DNA of 64,000 bases. It comes from Candidatus Krumholzibacteriia bacterium (GTDB lineage Bacteria > Krumholzibacteriota > Krumholzibacteriia > Krumholzibacteriales > Krumholzibacteriaceae). Each line of letters opens with the position of its first letter. The first letter of the stretch is position 1. The notes under the pieces were generated by a model. It saw only the letters and a program-made list of their open reading frames with translations, had not been told where the DNA came from and searched no databases. The stretch lies in NCBI GenBank assembly GCA_963836185.1, contig CAWIIQ010000001.1, positions 224,001-288,000 on the forward strand, given 5' to 3'. The position numbers and the translations under genes are program-made. Below, piece by piece: positions 1-10,199 of this stretch.

Positions 1-1
1 G

Positions 2-257
2 GGCGTCCTCCCCGAGTGGCTCCGCGACCAGGGAGTAAACCTGATCATAGCCGGCGGGCTGGGCGTAAAGGCGAAACAGCTCTTCGGCGAAATGGGTATC
101 GATGTACTGACGGGCGCGCCGCAGGATGAGCCCGCCTCAGTCGTAAGGTCCCATCTTGACGGGACGTTCAAGTCGGGAGTAAACGTCTGCGGCCAGGACT
201 CAGGCCATCGGACCGGGCGGCTGCGGCGGTGAACAGGGCGGCTGCGGAGGCCATTGA
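2..257 (+). CDS. NifB/NifX (dinitrogenase FeMo-cofactor biosynthesis family) protein, 3' part; probable frameshift near 210
   Basis: Frame 2 reads GVLPEWLRDQGVNLIIAGGLGVKAKQLFGEMGIDVLTGAP...LDGTFKSGVNVC, typical of this family. A shifted frame gives a GGCGGEQGGCGGH tail ending at TGA 255-257. The gene is 5'-truncated by the window edge. Confidence 0.75.
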
Positions 258-279
258 TCTGAAGGAAGGATGCGGAAGC

Positions 280-651
280 ATGGATCTCGTATCGCCTGAA
301 TTTCTCGATCATTTCATGAACCCGCGAAACCACGGGACAGTCGAGGAACCGGACGGAACAGGGATGGGGGGATCTCCCGAGTGCGAGGACTGGCTCCTGC
401 TGACGATAAAGGTCGAGGCGGGAAGGATCGCGGACATCCGGTTCCAGTGCAGGGGCTGTTCGGCGGCGATCGCCACTTCAAGCGCTACGACGGTGCTGGC
501 GAAAGGGATGACACTCGAAGAGGCTGAATTGCTTTCCGCCAACGAGATCGAAAAGGCGGTCGGAGGCTTGTCGGAGGACAAGAGGCACTGCTCGCTGCTC
601 GGCGAGGAGGCCCTCAAGGACGCGATAAACGATTTCATGGGGCGGAAATGA
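280..651 (+). CDS. IscU/NifU N-terminal-type Fe-S cluster assembly scaffold
   Basis: Motifs DHFMNPRNHG, GSPECED, FQCRGCSAAIATSS and KRHCSLLGEEAL give three conserved Cys. ATG at 280 follows a GA-rich RBS. Confidence 0.9.
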   Translation: MDLVSPEFLDHFMNPRNHGTVEEPDGTGMGGSPECEDWLLLTIKVEAGRIADIRFQCRGCSAAIATSSATTVLAKGMTLEEAELLSANEIEKAVGGLSEDKRHCSLLGEEALKDAINDFMGRK

Positions 652-784
652 CCGGACGCGGAGACGAAGGCAGGGAACTGAAGGAAAAGAACGGCGAGCA
701 TCCGATGTTGAGAAGATTTGGAGATGAATATAGAGACTATATGAAAAAACCGGGAAATGGCTGCCCAGACCCGGAAGGGGTTGA
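648..784 (+). pseudogene. Remnant of an isoprenylcysteine carboxylmethyltransferase/phospholipid methyltransferase family gene
   Basis: ATG overlaps the scaffold stop. It reads ...MLRRFGDEYRDYMKK and, after a shift in the A-run, (T)GKWLPRPGRG*, which is the family's C-terminal FGxEYxxY..WLP motif. The transmembrane core is absent. Confidence 0.55.
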
Positions 785-814
785 ACCGAACGTTGTTATG
801 GAAGGAGTCGAGCG

Positions 815-1999
815 GTGGAGGATATCAGGAAGAAATCGAGAGATACGCAGTGTGTCCATGCCAGTTTTCTGGAGGACGAGAAGGGCGCCGTAGTCACGCC
901 TATATATCAGACATCGACATTCAAATTCCGTGACGCGGATCATGGGGCCTCTCTTTTCGCGGGACGCGAGAAGGGATACATCTACACGCGGATGGCCAAT
1001 CCGACGGTAGAAGGAGTAGAGAAAGTCGTTGCCGTTCTCGAGGGCGGGTATGGCGGCGTCGGATGCGCTTCCGGCATGGCGGCTCTTCATCTCGCATTCG
1101 CGTCGATCCTCAAGTCGGGCGACCATGTCGTATGCAGTGAATCGGTCTACGGCCCGGTCGTCGGTCTGCTCAACACACAGTTCGGCAACTTCGGGATCGA
1201 TGTGTCTTTTGTAGATACATCCGACCTCGAGGCGGTAAAGGCCGCCATGACCCCGAAGACGACACTTGTCCACGTCGAGACTCCCGGCAATCCGACGCTG
1301 GTCGTCTCGGACATTGCGGCGGTGGCGGAGATAGCGCATGACGGCGGCGCGAAGGTGACGGTCGATAACACATTCATGAGTCCCATCCTGCAGAGGCCGC
1401 TCGAGCACGGCGCCGATATAGTCATACATTCGATGACGAAGTTCCTCAACGGACACGCCGATGTAGTGGCCGGCATGGTGATAGTGAAAGATGAGGAGGC
1501 CTACGTGCACATGCGCCGAATGTCGAACGCTATCGGCGGTACCATAGATCCGTTCAACTCCTTTCTCGTGGCCAGGGGGATCAAGACTCTGGCCATTCGC
1601 ATGCAGCGCCACTGCGAGAGCGGCCCGAAGGTCGCGGCCTTCCTCGATTCCCATCCGAAGGTTGAGAGGGTCATGTATCCCGGCCTCGAATCGGATCCCG
1701 GACATGATGTCCACGCGAAACAGTCGGACGGCCCCGGTGGCCTGATCAGCTTCGAGCTGAAAGGCGGCGTGGAGGCCGGCAAGGTGCTGATGAATTCGGT
1801 GAAGATGTGCGTGCTCGCCGTCAGCCTCGGTGGTGTCGAGACGCTGATCCAGCACCCCGCATCGATGACACATGCGAGCATGGGCCCCGAGGTCCGCAAG
1901 CAGGCCGGTATCACGGACGGACTCGTAAGGATATCTGTCGGCATCGAGGAAGTGAGCGAGATAATCGCGGACCTCGAGCAGGGACTGGAAAAAGTCTGA
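815..1999 (+). CDS. megL: Cys/Met metabolism PLP-dependent lyase, methionine gamma-lyase-like
   Basis: Motifs PIYQTSTF, YIYTRMANPT, SGMAA, ETPGNPT, VDNTF, HSMTKFLNGHADV (PLP Lys) and LAVSLGGVETLIQHPASMTH; 394 aa. Confidence 0.85.
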   Translation: MEDIRKKSRDTQCVHASFLEDEKGAVVTPIYQTSTFKFRDADHGASLFAGREKGYIYTRMANPTVEGVEKVVAVLEGGYGGVGCASGMAALHLAFASILKSGDHVVCSESVYGPVVGLLNTQFGNFGIDVSFVDTSDLEAVKAAMTPKTTLVHVETPGNPTLVVSDIAAVAEIAHDGGAKVTVDNTFMSPILQRPLEHGADIVIHSMTKFLNGHADVVAGMVIVKDEEAYVHMRRMSNAIGGTIDPFNSFLVARGIKTLAIRMQRHCESGPKVAAFLDSHPKVERVMYPGLESDPGHDVHAKQSDGPGGLISFELKGGVEAGKVLMNSVKMCVLAVSLGGVETLIQHPASMTHASMGPEVRKQAGITDGLVRISVGIEEVSEIIADLEQGLEKV

Positions 2000-2026
2000 A
2001 AGATAGACGATTACTGGAGGATAGAG

Positions 2027-2666
2027 ATGATCTGGAAGGCCGCCGCTCCGAAGCGGAGCGAGCTGGAAGAGAGCAGGGAATACAGGGAGTATGAGGAACG
2101 AGCAGTTTCTCAGCTCACGGCATCGACAGGGACGGTATGACCAGCTTCGTCGTAGATTCGGCTGAGCCGCTGCCCGGCACGGTGCTCGACATAGGTACGG
2201 GCAGGGGATTCACCGCTGTAGAGCTTGCCCGGCGAGGCGCCGGCGTTGCCACGGTCGATATGTCAGAGGAATCTCTGAAATCGGCATGGCTGCACGCTAT
2301 CGATACAGGTATGGCCGACAGGATCGAGTTCCACCTCGCCGACGGAGGCGACCTTCCGTTCGAGGAGGGAAGCTTTGAGGTTGTCACGATGATAAATGTC
2401 CTCCATCATCTCGAGTAATCCGGATGAGGTCCTTCCCGAGATCTCCAGGGTCCTGATGCCGGGAGGCAGGCTCGTCGTAGCGGACTTTACGGACAAGGGA
2501 TTCGATATACTCGAGAAGATCCACGGTGAAGACGGCCACGGCCACGACATGGCACACGGGCGAGACCATGGACGGCTTCGCGGCCCGCCTCGAGCGATGC
2601 GGGATGACCTGTATCGCGAGAGACAGAAGATTCCATCAGCACGTGATGGTAGTCGAGAGGGGCTGA
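2027..2666 (+). CDS. Class I SAM-dependent methyltransferase (frameshifted in this sequence)
   Basis: VLDIGTGRG, DGGDLPFEEGSFEVV, VLHHL and ISRVLMPGGRLVVADF are spread over several frames. GGAGG RBS precedes ATG 2027, and there is a His-rich stretch near the C-terminus. Confidence 0.75.
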
Positions 2667-2691
2667 CTTTTTCGCGAAGGGAGCGCTGGAG

Positions 2692-2859
2692 ATGGAAAAC
2701 GAAAGATGTGATAACCATGCCGCCAAGAGCGCAAGTATGGTCGGGCCGATCTGGTATATCGGCTGGCTGTTTACCGTTGCCTTCACCCACCTTTCGTTCG
2801 GGAAGGCAGTGCTGGCGCTGGTGATCTGGCCGTATTATCTCGGCTCGAAGCTCGGCTAG
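2692..2859 (+). CDS. Small 55-aa membrane protein (not in ORF track)
   Basis: MENERCDNHAAKSASMVGPIWYIGWLFTVAFTHLSFGKAVLALVIWPYYLGSKLG*, with AAGGGAG upstream and two hydrophobic segments. Confidence 0.7.
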   Translation: MENERCDNHAAKSASMVGPIWYIGWLFTVAFTHLSFGKAVLALVIWPYYLGSKLG

Positions 2860-2966
2860 AGACATCGCTGCTCCGGATCAGGCCAAACACCGCTGGAAAA
2901 CCACACTGACAGTGCGGTATATTCTGCATGAGTCCCATTTCTGTACATGCACCCGATGGAGCACAC

Positions 2967-5900
2967 TTGAAATACCACAAAATCATACTCACAGCTCTTA
3001 ATACCGGCCGCCGCGTTATCCATGGCCTTTTCAGGAGCAGGGGCACAGGATGTTCCGCTGACAAAGCGGGTGATCCGCGAAAAGATCAGGGAAGGGATGA
3101 GTGTCCGGACACGGGAACTGGAGCGGGCCCGCGAAATGGGCCTTCCCGTTCGCGGCGACATGCCCGGAGGGGGCCTGTTCGAGCTCAAGACCCTGTCCAC
3201 CAGGGTGCCGACCTACTTTATCACTTTCAATGACGCGGCGGCACGCTCGACGAGGACCGACAGTGTCCAGGCCGTATATGGCGGGGCGCCGGGGTTCACG
3301 CTCGGCCTCTGGGACGGCGGCGCCGCGAGGGTGACCCACCAGGAGCTGAGCGGGAGGGCTGTCTGGGAGGACGATTTCAGTTACAGCACGCATCCCCATT
3401 CGACACATGTCGGTGCGACGATGATCGGAGCGGGGGTGGATCCCCAATCGAAGGGGATGTCATTCGAGGCGAACCTCAAATCGTACGAATGGTCGTTCGA
3501 CGATCTCGAAGCGGAGCTCGAGGCGCGGGACGGCCTTCTTCTATCCAATCACAGCTACGGCCATGCGAGGGGCTGGGTGGTGACCTCGTCGGGCACGATC
3601 TACTGGTACGGCGATGTGACGATCAGCGAGACGGAGGATTATCTCTTCGGATTCTACAGCGATGTCTCCCGAGACTGGGACGAGGTGACCAGCAGGAATC
3701 CTTATTACCTCCCGGTCACTTCTGCGGGCAATGACCGCAACGACCACGTTCCTTCCGGCGCGAGGCACTACGTACTGGAGATCCTCAGAGCGGGGGATGG
3801 GTCTCGGTCACCACTGTTCGCGATAACGATGGAGGTGAGCTCGGGTACGACTGCCTTCCCGACGGCCTGGGCATGGCGAAGAATACCCTCGTGATCGGCG
3901 CGGTCGATGATGTCGAGGAGTACCAGGGGCCGGAGGATATCGAGATGACGACCTTCAGCTCATGGGGACCGACCGACGACGGGCGGATCAAGCCCGATAT
4001 CTGCGGCAACGGCTACAGGCTCTACTCGGCGATCGACGGTTCCGATATCGCGTACGGGATATACAGCGGCACATCGATGGCGTCCCCGAATGTCTGCGGC
4101 TCTCTCGGGCTTCTTCAGGCCCGGTACGCGGAGATCCGCGGCGACTCGATGCTCGCTTCGACGGTCAAGGCGCTGGCGATCCATACGGCAAGGGAAGCGG
4201 GACCGCATCCCGGGCCCGACTACGGCTTCGGATGGGGGCTTCTCGATACCTGGGCCGCGTTCGAGCATATCGGATCCGATCCCGACGGCAGGATGGGAAG
4301 GATCGCGGAGATGACCCTGTACGACGGTATGCCTTTTGAACTCTACTACGAACCTGAAGAGGGCGCCGACAGGATGACGGTGACGATAGCGTGGAACGAC
4401 CCGGCGTCCGATATACCTGTGCCTGCGCTGAACGACAGGACCCCGCTCCTTGTCAATGATATCGATCTGAGGGTCGAAGGGGCCGGCGATGGAGCATACC
4501 CCGTGGATCCTCGATCCCGATGATCCTTCGGCCGCAGCCGGCAGGGGAGACAACTTCCGCGACAATGTCGAGCAGATCGTTATTGACGATCCCGCGCCCG
4601 GCACATATGTCGTGCGGATAAGTCACAAGGGGGTGCTCGAGGGCGGCTCGCAGCGCGTCTCGCTAATTGTGTCAGGCGCGAAACGCACCCGTACATGGCA
4701 TGTATTCGCCGACGGCTCGGGCGATGCCGAGACGATTGGCGAGGCGGTCTCGCTCGCCGATCCGGACGACCAGATATTCGTCTTCCCGGGCACATACTAC
4801 GAACATGACATCGTAATAGACAAGAATCTGAAGATCAGGGGTGTCGAAGGAGCAGGAGCCACCACGGTCGACGCACAGGGAGCGGGCAGATGTTTCTCTA
4901 TCGTCCTGCCGGATGTGACGGGGGCTGGAGAGATGAACACGCTCCGCTCCTTCGGTGCCGTTGAGATAGACGGGATCACGATGATGGGAGGCAGAGCGGG
5001 GGGCTCCGGCATCGAAGGCAGGGGAGGCGCGGTCTACTGCGACGGCGCGCGGACCGTTCTCTCGTCCTGCGTGATGACGGGCAACGGGGCGGCCGAAGGC
5101 GGCGCTGTCTACCTGAGGGAATCCAGGTCGTTCGTTTCAAATTGTGAAATATATGACAATTCGGCCGGAAGAGGGCGGGGGTCTCTTTCTTCTCCGTTCC
5201 GACGCGCTGGTGGAAGGAAGCACGATAGCGGCGAACGCCGCTGTGAGGGGAAGCGGGATGCTCCTCGAAAACTCCTCCCCCGATGTGACGCGCTGTACGC
5301 TGTCGCATAATGCCGTGGGGGCCGGTATATATGTGCGCGGCGGAGGAAGGCCGAGAGTCGCGGCTTCGGTAGTCTCGTTCGGAAGCGGAAGCGGGATATA
5401 CGCCGAAGGGGTGACGTCACATCCGTCGATAGTGTGCTGCGATGTCTACGGAAACGAAGATAGGGACTACGGCGGCTCGTTACACGACCAGACAGGTCTC
5501 CAGGGTAATATCTCGCAGGACCCCCTGTTCTGCGACCCGGAACATCTCGGATTCAGCGTGGGGGACGGATCTCCATGCCTGCCGAACAGGAACCTGTGCG
5601 TGACGCTGATCGGTGCTCATGGTGCGGGGTGCCATACCCTGACCGTTATCCGGGTCACTCCCGAGGGAACGGGCGACGCGGCGACGATCTCTGAAGCTAT
5701 GGAGGCGGCGGTGGCAGGCGACACGATCATGCTCGCCCCCGGTGTCTTCACGGGCCCTGGTAACAGGGACATCCTTTCGAGAGGATTCCCGATAGTCATC
5801 ACCTCCGAGGCAGGAGCGGGAGAGACTGTGATCGACTGCGGAGAGGGAGGCGACGCCTACTACGGATTCTATTTCGGCGGCGGCGAAGATACCTCGACAG

Positions 5901-7469
5901 TGCTCGAGGGAGTGACGATAACAGGAGCGGGCAAGGGGGCGATAGCCTTCAGCAACGGCTCGGATCCGCTCGTCCGGGACTGCCGTTTGACCGGCAACCA
6001 TGCACATGGGGGGCTGGCACGGCGGCGGGATCACCGTCGAGGACGGATCGGCCCCTGTCATCAGGCGATGCGTCATCTCCGGCAATACGGCCAGTCCGAA
6101 CGGCGGCGGGATATTTTGCAAGATATCAACGCCTGTCATCGAGGACTGCGAGATCACCGGCAACACGGCGACCGATTCGGGAGGAGGACTGGCATCGTTC
6201 AACTCATCCCATCCGGTATTGAGGCGGTGCCTGATCTCGGGTAACGCGGCCGGTCGAGGAATCCGGCGGCGGTGTCTACATCATCATGGGCGCCGCGACG
6301 GTACAGGACTGCGCGGTCATCGGACAATACGGCTGATTACGGTGGCGGCGGACTGTTCAGCGGGACCAACGCCACACTGACCGTCACCGGAACGGTCATT
6401 GCCGGAAACAGTTCGGTGAGCATAGGCGGGGGCGTTTACAGCGCTTCCGGTATGATGATGCTCGCGATGCACAGTCGTCGATAATTTCACAGAGTACTAC
6501 GGCGCCGGGATCGAGGTCTTCCAGGGGCCGAACAATCATATATACAACACGATCATCGCGTTCAACAGGCATGCGGAGGGGATCTTCACGATATCGGGCG
6601 ATATCGACATCGTCTGCTCCGACGTCTACGGGAACGAGGGCGGTGATTACGGCGGCGCAACGGCCGACATGACCGGCCCGCTCAATCTCTCGGTCGACCC
6701 TCTCTTCTGCGACGCGGCGGGAGGCGACTATTATCTCAATGCCGACTCGCCCGTTCTGACGCTTCCGGACGTTTCATGCATCGATATGATGGGAGCGCTG
6801 GGCGTCCGGTGCGGCGACTCGGCAGACCTGCTCTTCTCATCGGTGGTGTTCGATACGATGTCTGCCGATGCGGGCCGGACGATACATGTCGCCGCGGTCG
6901 TACGTAACGGCGGCCCGGCGGGAGCGGGTCCGTTCCGCGTCGATTACTACAGTGATCTCGATGATTCCCCGGCACCGGGAACAGAGGGAGATCTCTTCGC
7001 GGCGGTCGATACGCTGGCGTCAGGGGACTCGTCATCGGTAACTTTCGACATCTCGAGCCCTGTGTCGGGGATGTGGCGCTCCTGGCTGATGATAGACCCG
7101 GACGGGCAGGTGCCCGAATACAACCTCGACAACAATACAGCCGGGCCTTACCCGGTCACATGGACGGCTCCGGGAGGGGTCGTGCCCGACCAGTCAAAGC
7201 TCAGCTCGGTAAGTCCCAACCCGTTCAGTGATGAGACGGAGATCGTCTACGACCTCGACCGTTACACGGCCGCTGAACTCTCCATCTTCGATCTCGCCGG
7301 CAGGCGCCTGGCGATATGGAATCTTCCTCCGGCCGGACCGGGACGATTCATAATCACCTGGAAGGGAACAACCGGCGACGGGAGGCAGGTATCCTCCGGG
7401 GTATATTTCCTGAGATTCAAGGTTGACGGGGTTGTAGAGCAGGGCGAGAAGATCATCAGGATCAGGTAA
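2967..7469 (+). CDS. Secreted S8 subtilase + two parallel beta-helix modules + CARDB-like domain + FlgD-Ig/T9SS-like C-terminal domain (several frameshifts)
   Basis: Catalytic motifs GLWDGG, HSTHVGATM and SGTSMASP, plus SSWGPTDDGRIKPD. Repeated GxGDAxTIxEA starts and GGG/NxA beta-helix repeats follow, then DPLFCD, VPEYNLDNN and PNPFS...SSGVYFLRF...KIIRIR. Pieces lie in ORFs 3022, 3873, 4489, 5144, 6000, 6272 and 6669. Confidence 0.8.
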
Positions 7470-7477
7470 GTCTCGAT

Positions 7478-8008
7478 CTACCGGCCGGTCTTTTCCTTCA
7501 TCCTGGCAATCAGTTCCTTGTGCTGGTACTGCACGTACAGCTCTGTATTCGGGTTCTTCGTGATCCGCCTTATCGTGATAGACATCTTGTCGTCGATGTT
7601 GAACCAGTACGTCTTGTAGGCCATCTCCGTCGTTCCATCGGGGGATGTCGGATCTACCAGGTATCTTTGCGTGATCTCTCCGCGGAGTGTTTCGAGATTT
7701 GAGAAGGATGTGCGTTTGTAGTAAAAGACGACCTCCATCAGCCGATCCTCGAAGAATGTCAGACGTGACATCTCGATATCTCTCGACCCGGAGAGAGCCC
7801 CCTTCATCGTCAGGATCTTTCCCCTCTGCTCATGCCTCGAGCCTGCGACCTCGGTCCATTTGACCATCGTCTCCGTTCGATTGCTGAATTCCTTGAAGGT
7901 CTCTCCGAGATAGAATCCCTCGATATCCTCAGGCAGCCTGAGGTCCTCGCCTCCCGAGCAGGAGGCGAGGATTATAAAAACGAGGGATGCGGTGACAGCC
8001 TTTCTCAG
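7478..8008 (-). CDS. Hypothetical lipoprotein, apparent CTG start
   Basis: The frame is open upstream of the track's ATG (7867) to CTG at 8008, giving (M)RKAVTASLVFIILASC with a lipobox. An in-frame TGA lies just upstream, and AGGTGAG precedes the CTG. Confidence 0.65.
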   Translation of the reverse strand: MRKAVTASLVFIILASCSGGEDLRLPEDIEGFYLGETFKEFSNRTETMVKWTEVAGSRHEQRGKILTMKGALSGSRDIEMSRLTFFEDRLMEVVFYYKRTSFSNLETLRGEITQRYLVDPTSPDGTTEMAYKTYWFNIDDKMSITIRRITKNPNTELYVQYQHKELIARMKEKTGR

Positions 8009-8009
8009 G

Positions 8010-9536
8010 TCAGCTCACCTGGCCTTCCTGCTGCTCTTTCGAGCGGAACAGGGTGTAGAGTCCACCGACTCCGACTGCGAGCATGATACCGGACTGTATG
8101 AATGTCTTCGGCGGTATGGCTCCCCTGGTCGATACCACAAATACCGGCATCGCTACAGACAGCCCTATCAGGACGAAGTAGATAATTATCATGACCTTTC
8201 TCGCCTTGGCCCTCGTCTGCTCGGTATCCTCTCCGAACACCTTGTTGTAGAGGATCAGGAGGAACATCGTCAGGACGCCGAGAGCGGCGAAGATGATCCA
8301 GAAGGTCGTGAGCTTTGAGCCTACACCCTCCTGCCCTACAAGGGGCTTGAGGAACGAGTTGTACATCTCGCCTCCGACGTTCGAGCCGACGAGCGACCCG
8401 ATCACCCCGTAGAGGAAAGCGTACCCCATGTAGACTGCCTTCTTGTCAGGCGGAGCGACGAGCCCGATGTATGAGTAGTATTTCGGATGGCAGGTCATCT
8501 CGCCTATGGAGAATACGGCGATTCCGAGAATGAATACCCAGATCTGCTGCGACATGGCGAGGAAGACGAATCCCAGCGCGCCGATCAGGATGCCGCCGAC
8601 CATCGTGGGGAGCGGCTTCCGGTTCTTCACTACCATGTTGACGAAGATCTGCAGGAGCACGATCGTCCCGGCGTTTATCATGGTGACATATTCGGGCCCG
8701 AACCGGATCGTCCATCCGAGCTTGTCGAAGAGATTGTTCATCGGGTCCATGCTGACGAAGTCACGCAGGTACCACAGGACCGTGCCGAAGTTCTGGAAGT
8801 AGAGGATCCAGAAGCACGAGTATACGAATATCAGGAGCATGAAACGAGCGTCGGACAGGACCATCAGGGCTCCCGAGAGGACCTCGCCGAGGCTCTTCGT
8901 GCTTTTCGGCTTCGGGGGATCCTTGTACGCGAATATCGTGGGCAGGAACATCAGCGCACAGTAGATGGCGCTGAAGATGAAGACGAATCTCCATCCAAGG
9001 TTCCATCGGAGCTGGCCCGCCACGAACGGAGCGGCGAGTGCGCCGAGGTTGATCATCCAGTAGTATATCCCGAACCCCATCCCCGAGTTCTTCTCGTTCG
9101 TCGTCCGTGCGATCGTGCCGGAGATGATCGGCTTGAACAGCCCCGAACCCATCGCCATGATGCAGAGGGTAAAGAAGATCACGCCGAAGGATGTCACTCC
9201 TGAAGACAGGAAGTAGCCGGCCGAGAGGAGCGTGAATGCAACAAGCAGCATCCGCCTGTACCCGTACCTGTCCGCAAGTGCTCCGCCGAGGATCGGGACG
9301 ACATAAGTGATCGCATAGACTACTCCGAGGAGAAGCCCGACATTGTCCTCGGTGAATCCGAGGCCGCCGAAACCGAGTCCCTGAGCTCTGTCTGCGACTT
9401 TGCCCGTAAGGTATATCGCCAGGAGAGAGTTGAGACCGTAGTAGGCTCCCCTCTCGAAGAGCTCCATCACGTTGGCTACCCAGAACGACTTAGGGAAAGA
9501 GCCGACTCCTGTCTTCTGCTCGTTTACCTGTTCCAA
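8010..9536 (-). CDS. MFS transporter, POT/peptide transporter-like
   Basis: ELFERGAYYG, GGALADRYGYRR, GLFKPIISG and YYWMINLGA motifs; many transmembrane segments. Confidence 0.85.
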   Translation of the reverse strand: MEQVNEQKTGVGSFPKSFWVANVMELFERGAYYGLNSLLAIYLTGKVADRAQGLGFGGLGFTEDNVGLLLGVVYAITYVVPILGGALADRYGYRRMLLVAFTLLSAGYFLSSGVTSFGVIFFTLCIMAMGSGLFKPIISGTIARTTNEKNSGMGFGIYYWMINLGALAAPFVAGQLRWNLGWRFVFIFSAIYCALMFLPTIFAYKDPPKPKSTKSLGEVLSGALMVLSDARFMLLIFVYSCFWILYFQNFGTVLWYLRDFVSMDPMNNLFDKLGWTIRFGPEYVTMINAGTIVLLQIFVNMVVKNRKPLPTMVGGILIGALGFVFLAMSQQIWVFILGIAVFSIGEMTCHPKYYSYIGLVAPPDKKAVYMGYAFLYGVIGSLVGSNVGGEMYNSFLKPLVGQEGVGSKLTTFWIIFAALGVLTMFLLILYNKVFGEDTEQTRAKARKVMIIIYFVLIGLSVAMPVFVVSTRGAIPPKTFIQSGIMLAVGVGGLYTLFRSKEQQEGQVS

Positions 9537-9740
9537 CTGTGCTACTCCCTTTCAAACAATGAAAGCGGCCGCCGGATGTCTGCCGGCCCGTAAGAGGATA
9601 ATTGATCTGTCACGTAGGGCATGTTATCAGAAAAAGTGGTGCCGCCGAATAAAAAAAAGACATATCGGGTGGGAGAACTGAAGAAGGGACAGAACGGCCC
9701 TACCTTGCCAAGGGTTTCAGTGGAGCGGGTGATTCCGGAG

Positions 9741-10115
9741 TCAGCAGGAGAATCTGAGCTCGAAAGTCCCGATAGTGATCTTGTCGCCGCACTTAAGGGC
9801 GTGCTTGTGGACTTCCTCGCCATTAATACTGGTCCCGTGCCTGCTGTTCAGGTCCTCGATCTCGTACTTTCCATTCGACTTGCGAATTATCGCGTGTTCG
9901 TCGGCGACGAATCCGTGGTCGAGACAGATATCACAGGATACTGCCCTGCCAAGGGACGTATTCTGTTTTTTGATAGAGATTTTAAGACCCGCGAAACAGC
10001 CGTTGGTTATGGTAAGCACTGCGCCATGGTTGCCGGTCCGCCTGTTTCTCTTTCGAGGCCTTGCGTCCATGACCGCGGAATTGCCGCTTTTCCTCGGACT
10101 TCTTTTTCCTGCCAC
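9741..10115 (-). CDS. Single-domain FHA protein
   Basis: LGRAVSCDICLDHGFVADEHA and IEDLNSRHGTSING...LKCGDKITIG. Basic N-terminal tail; GTG start after GGAAGG (start uncertain). Confidence 0.8.
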   Translation of the reverse strand: MAGKRSPRKSGNSAVMDARPRKRNRRTGNHGAVLTITNGCFAGLKISIKKQNTSLGRAVSCDICLDHGFVADEHAIIRKSNGKYEIEDLNSRHGTSINGEEVHKHALKCGDKITIGTFELRFSC

Positions 10116-10199
10116 AACAACACCTTCCATGTAACGGGATCTGCCGCACAGGGCGGATTTGTCCGCCTGTTCCGCCGAAACACGCAATAATCGTACCAC

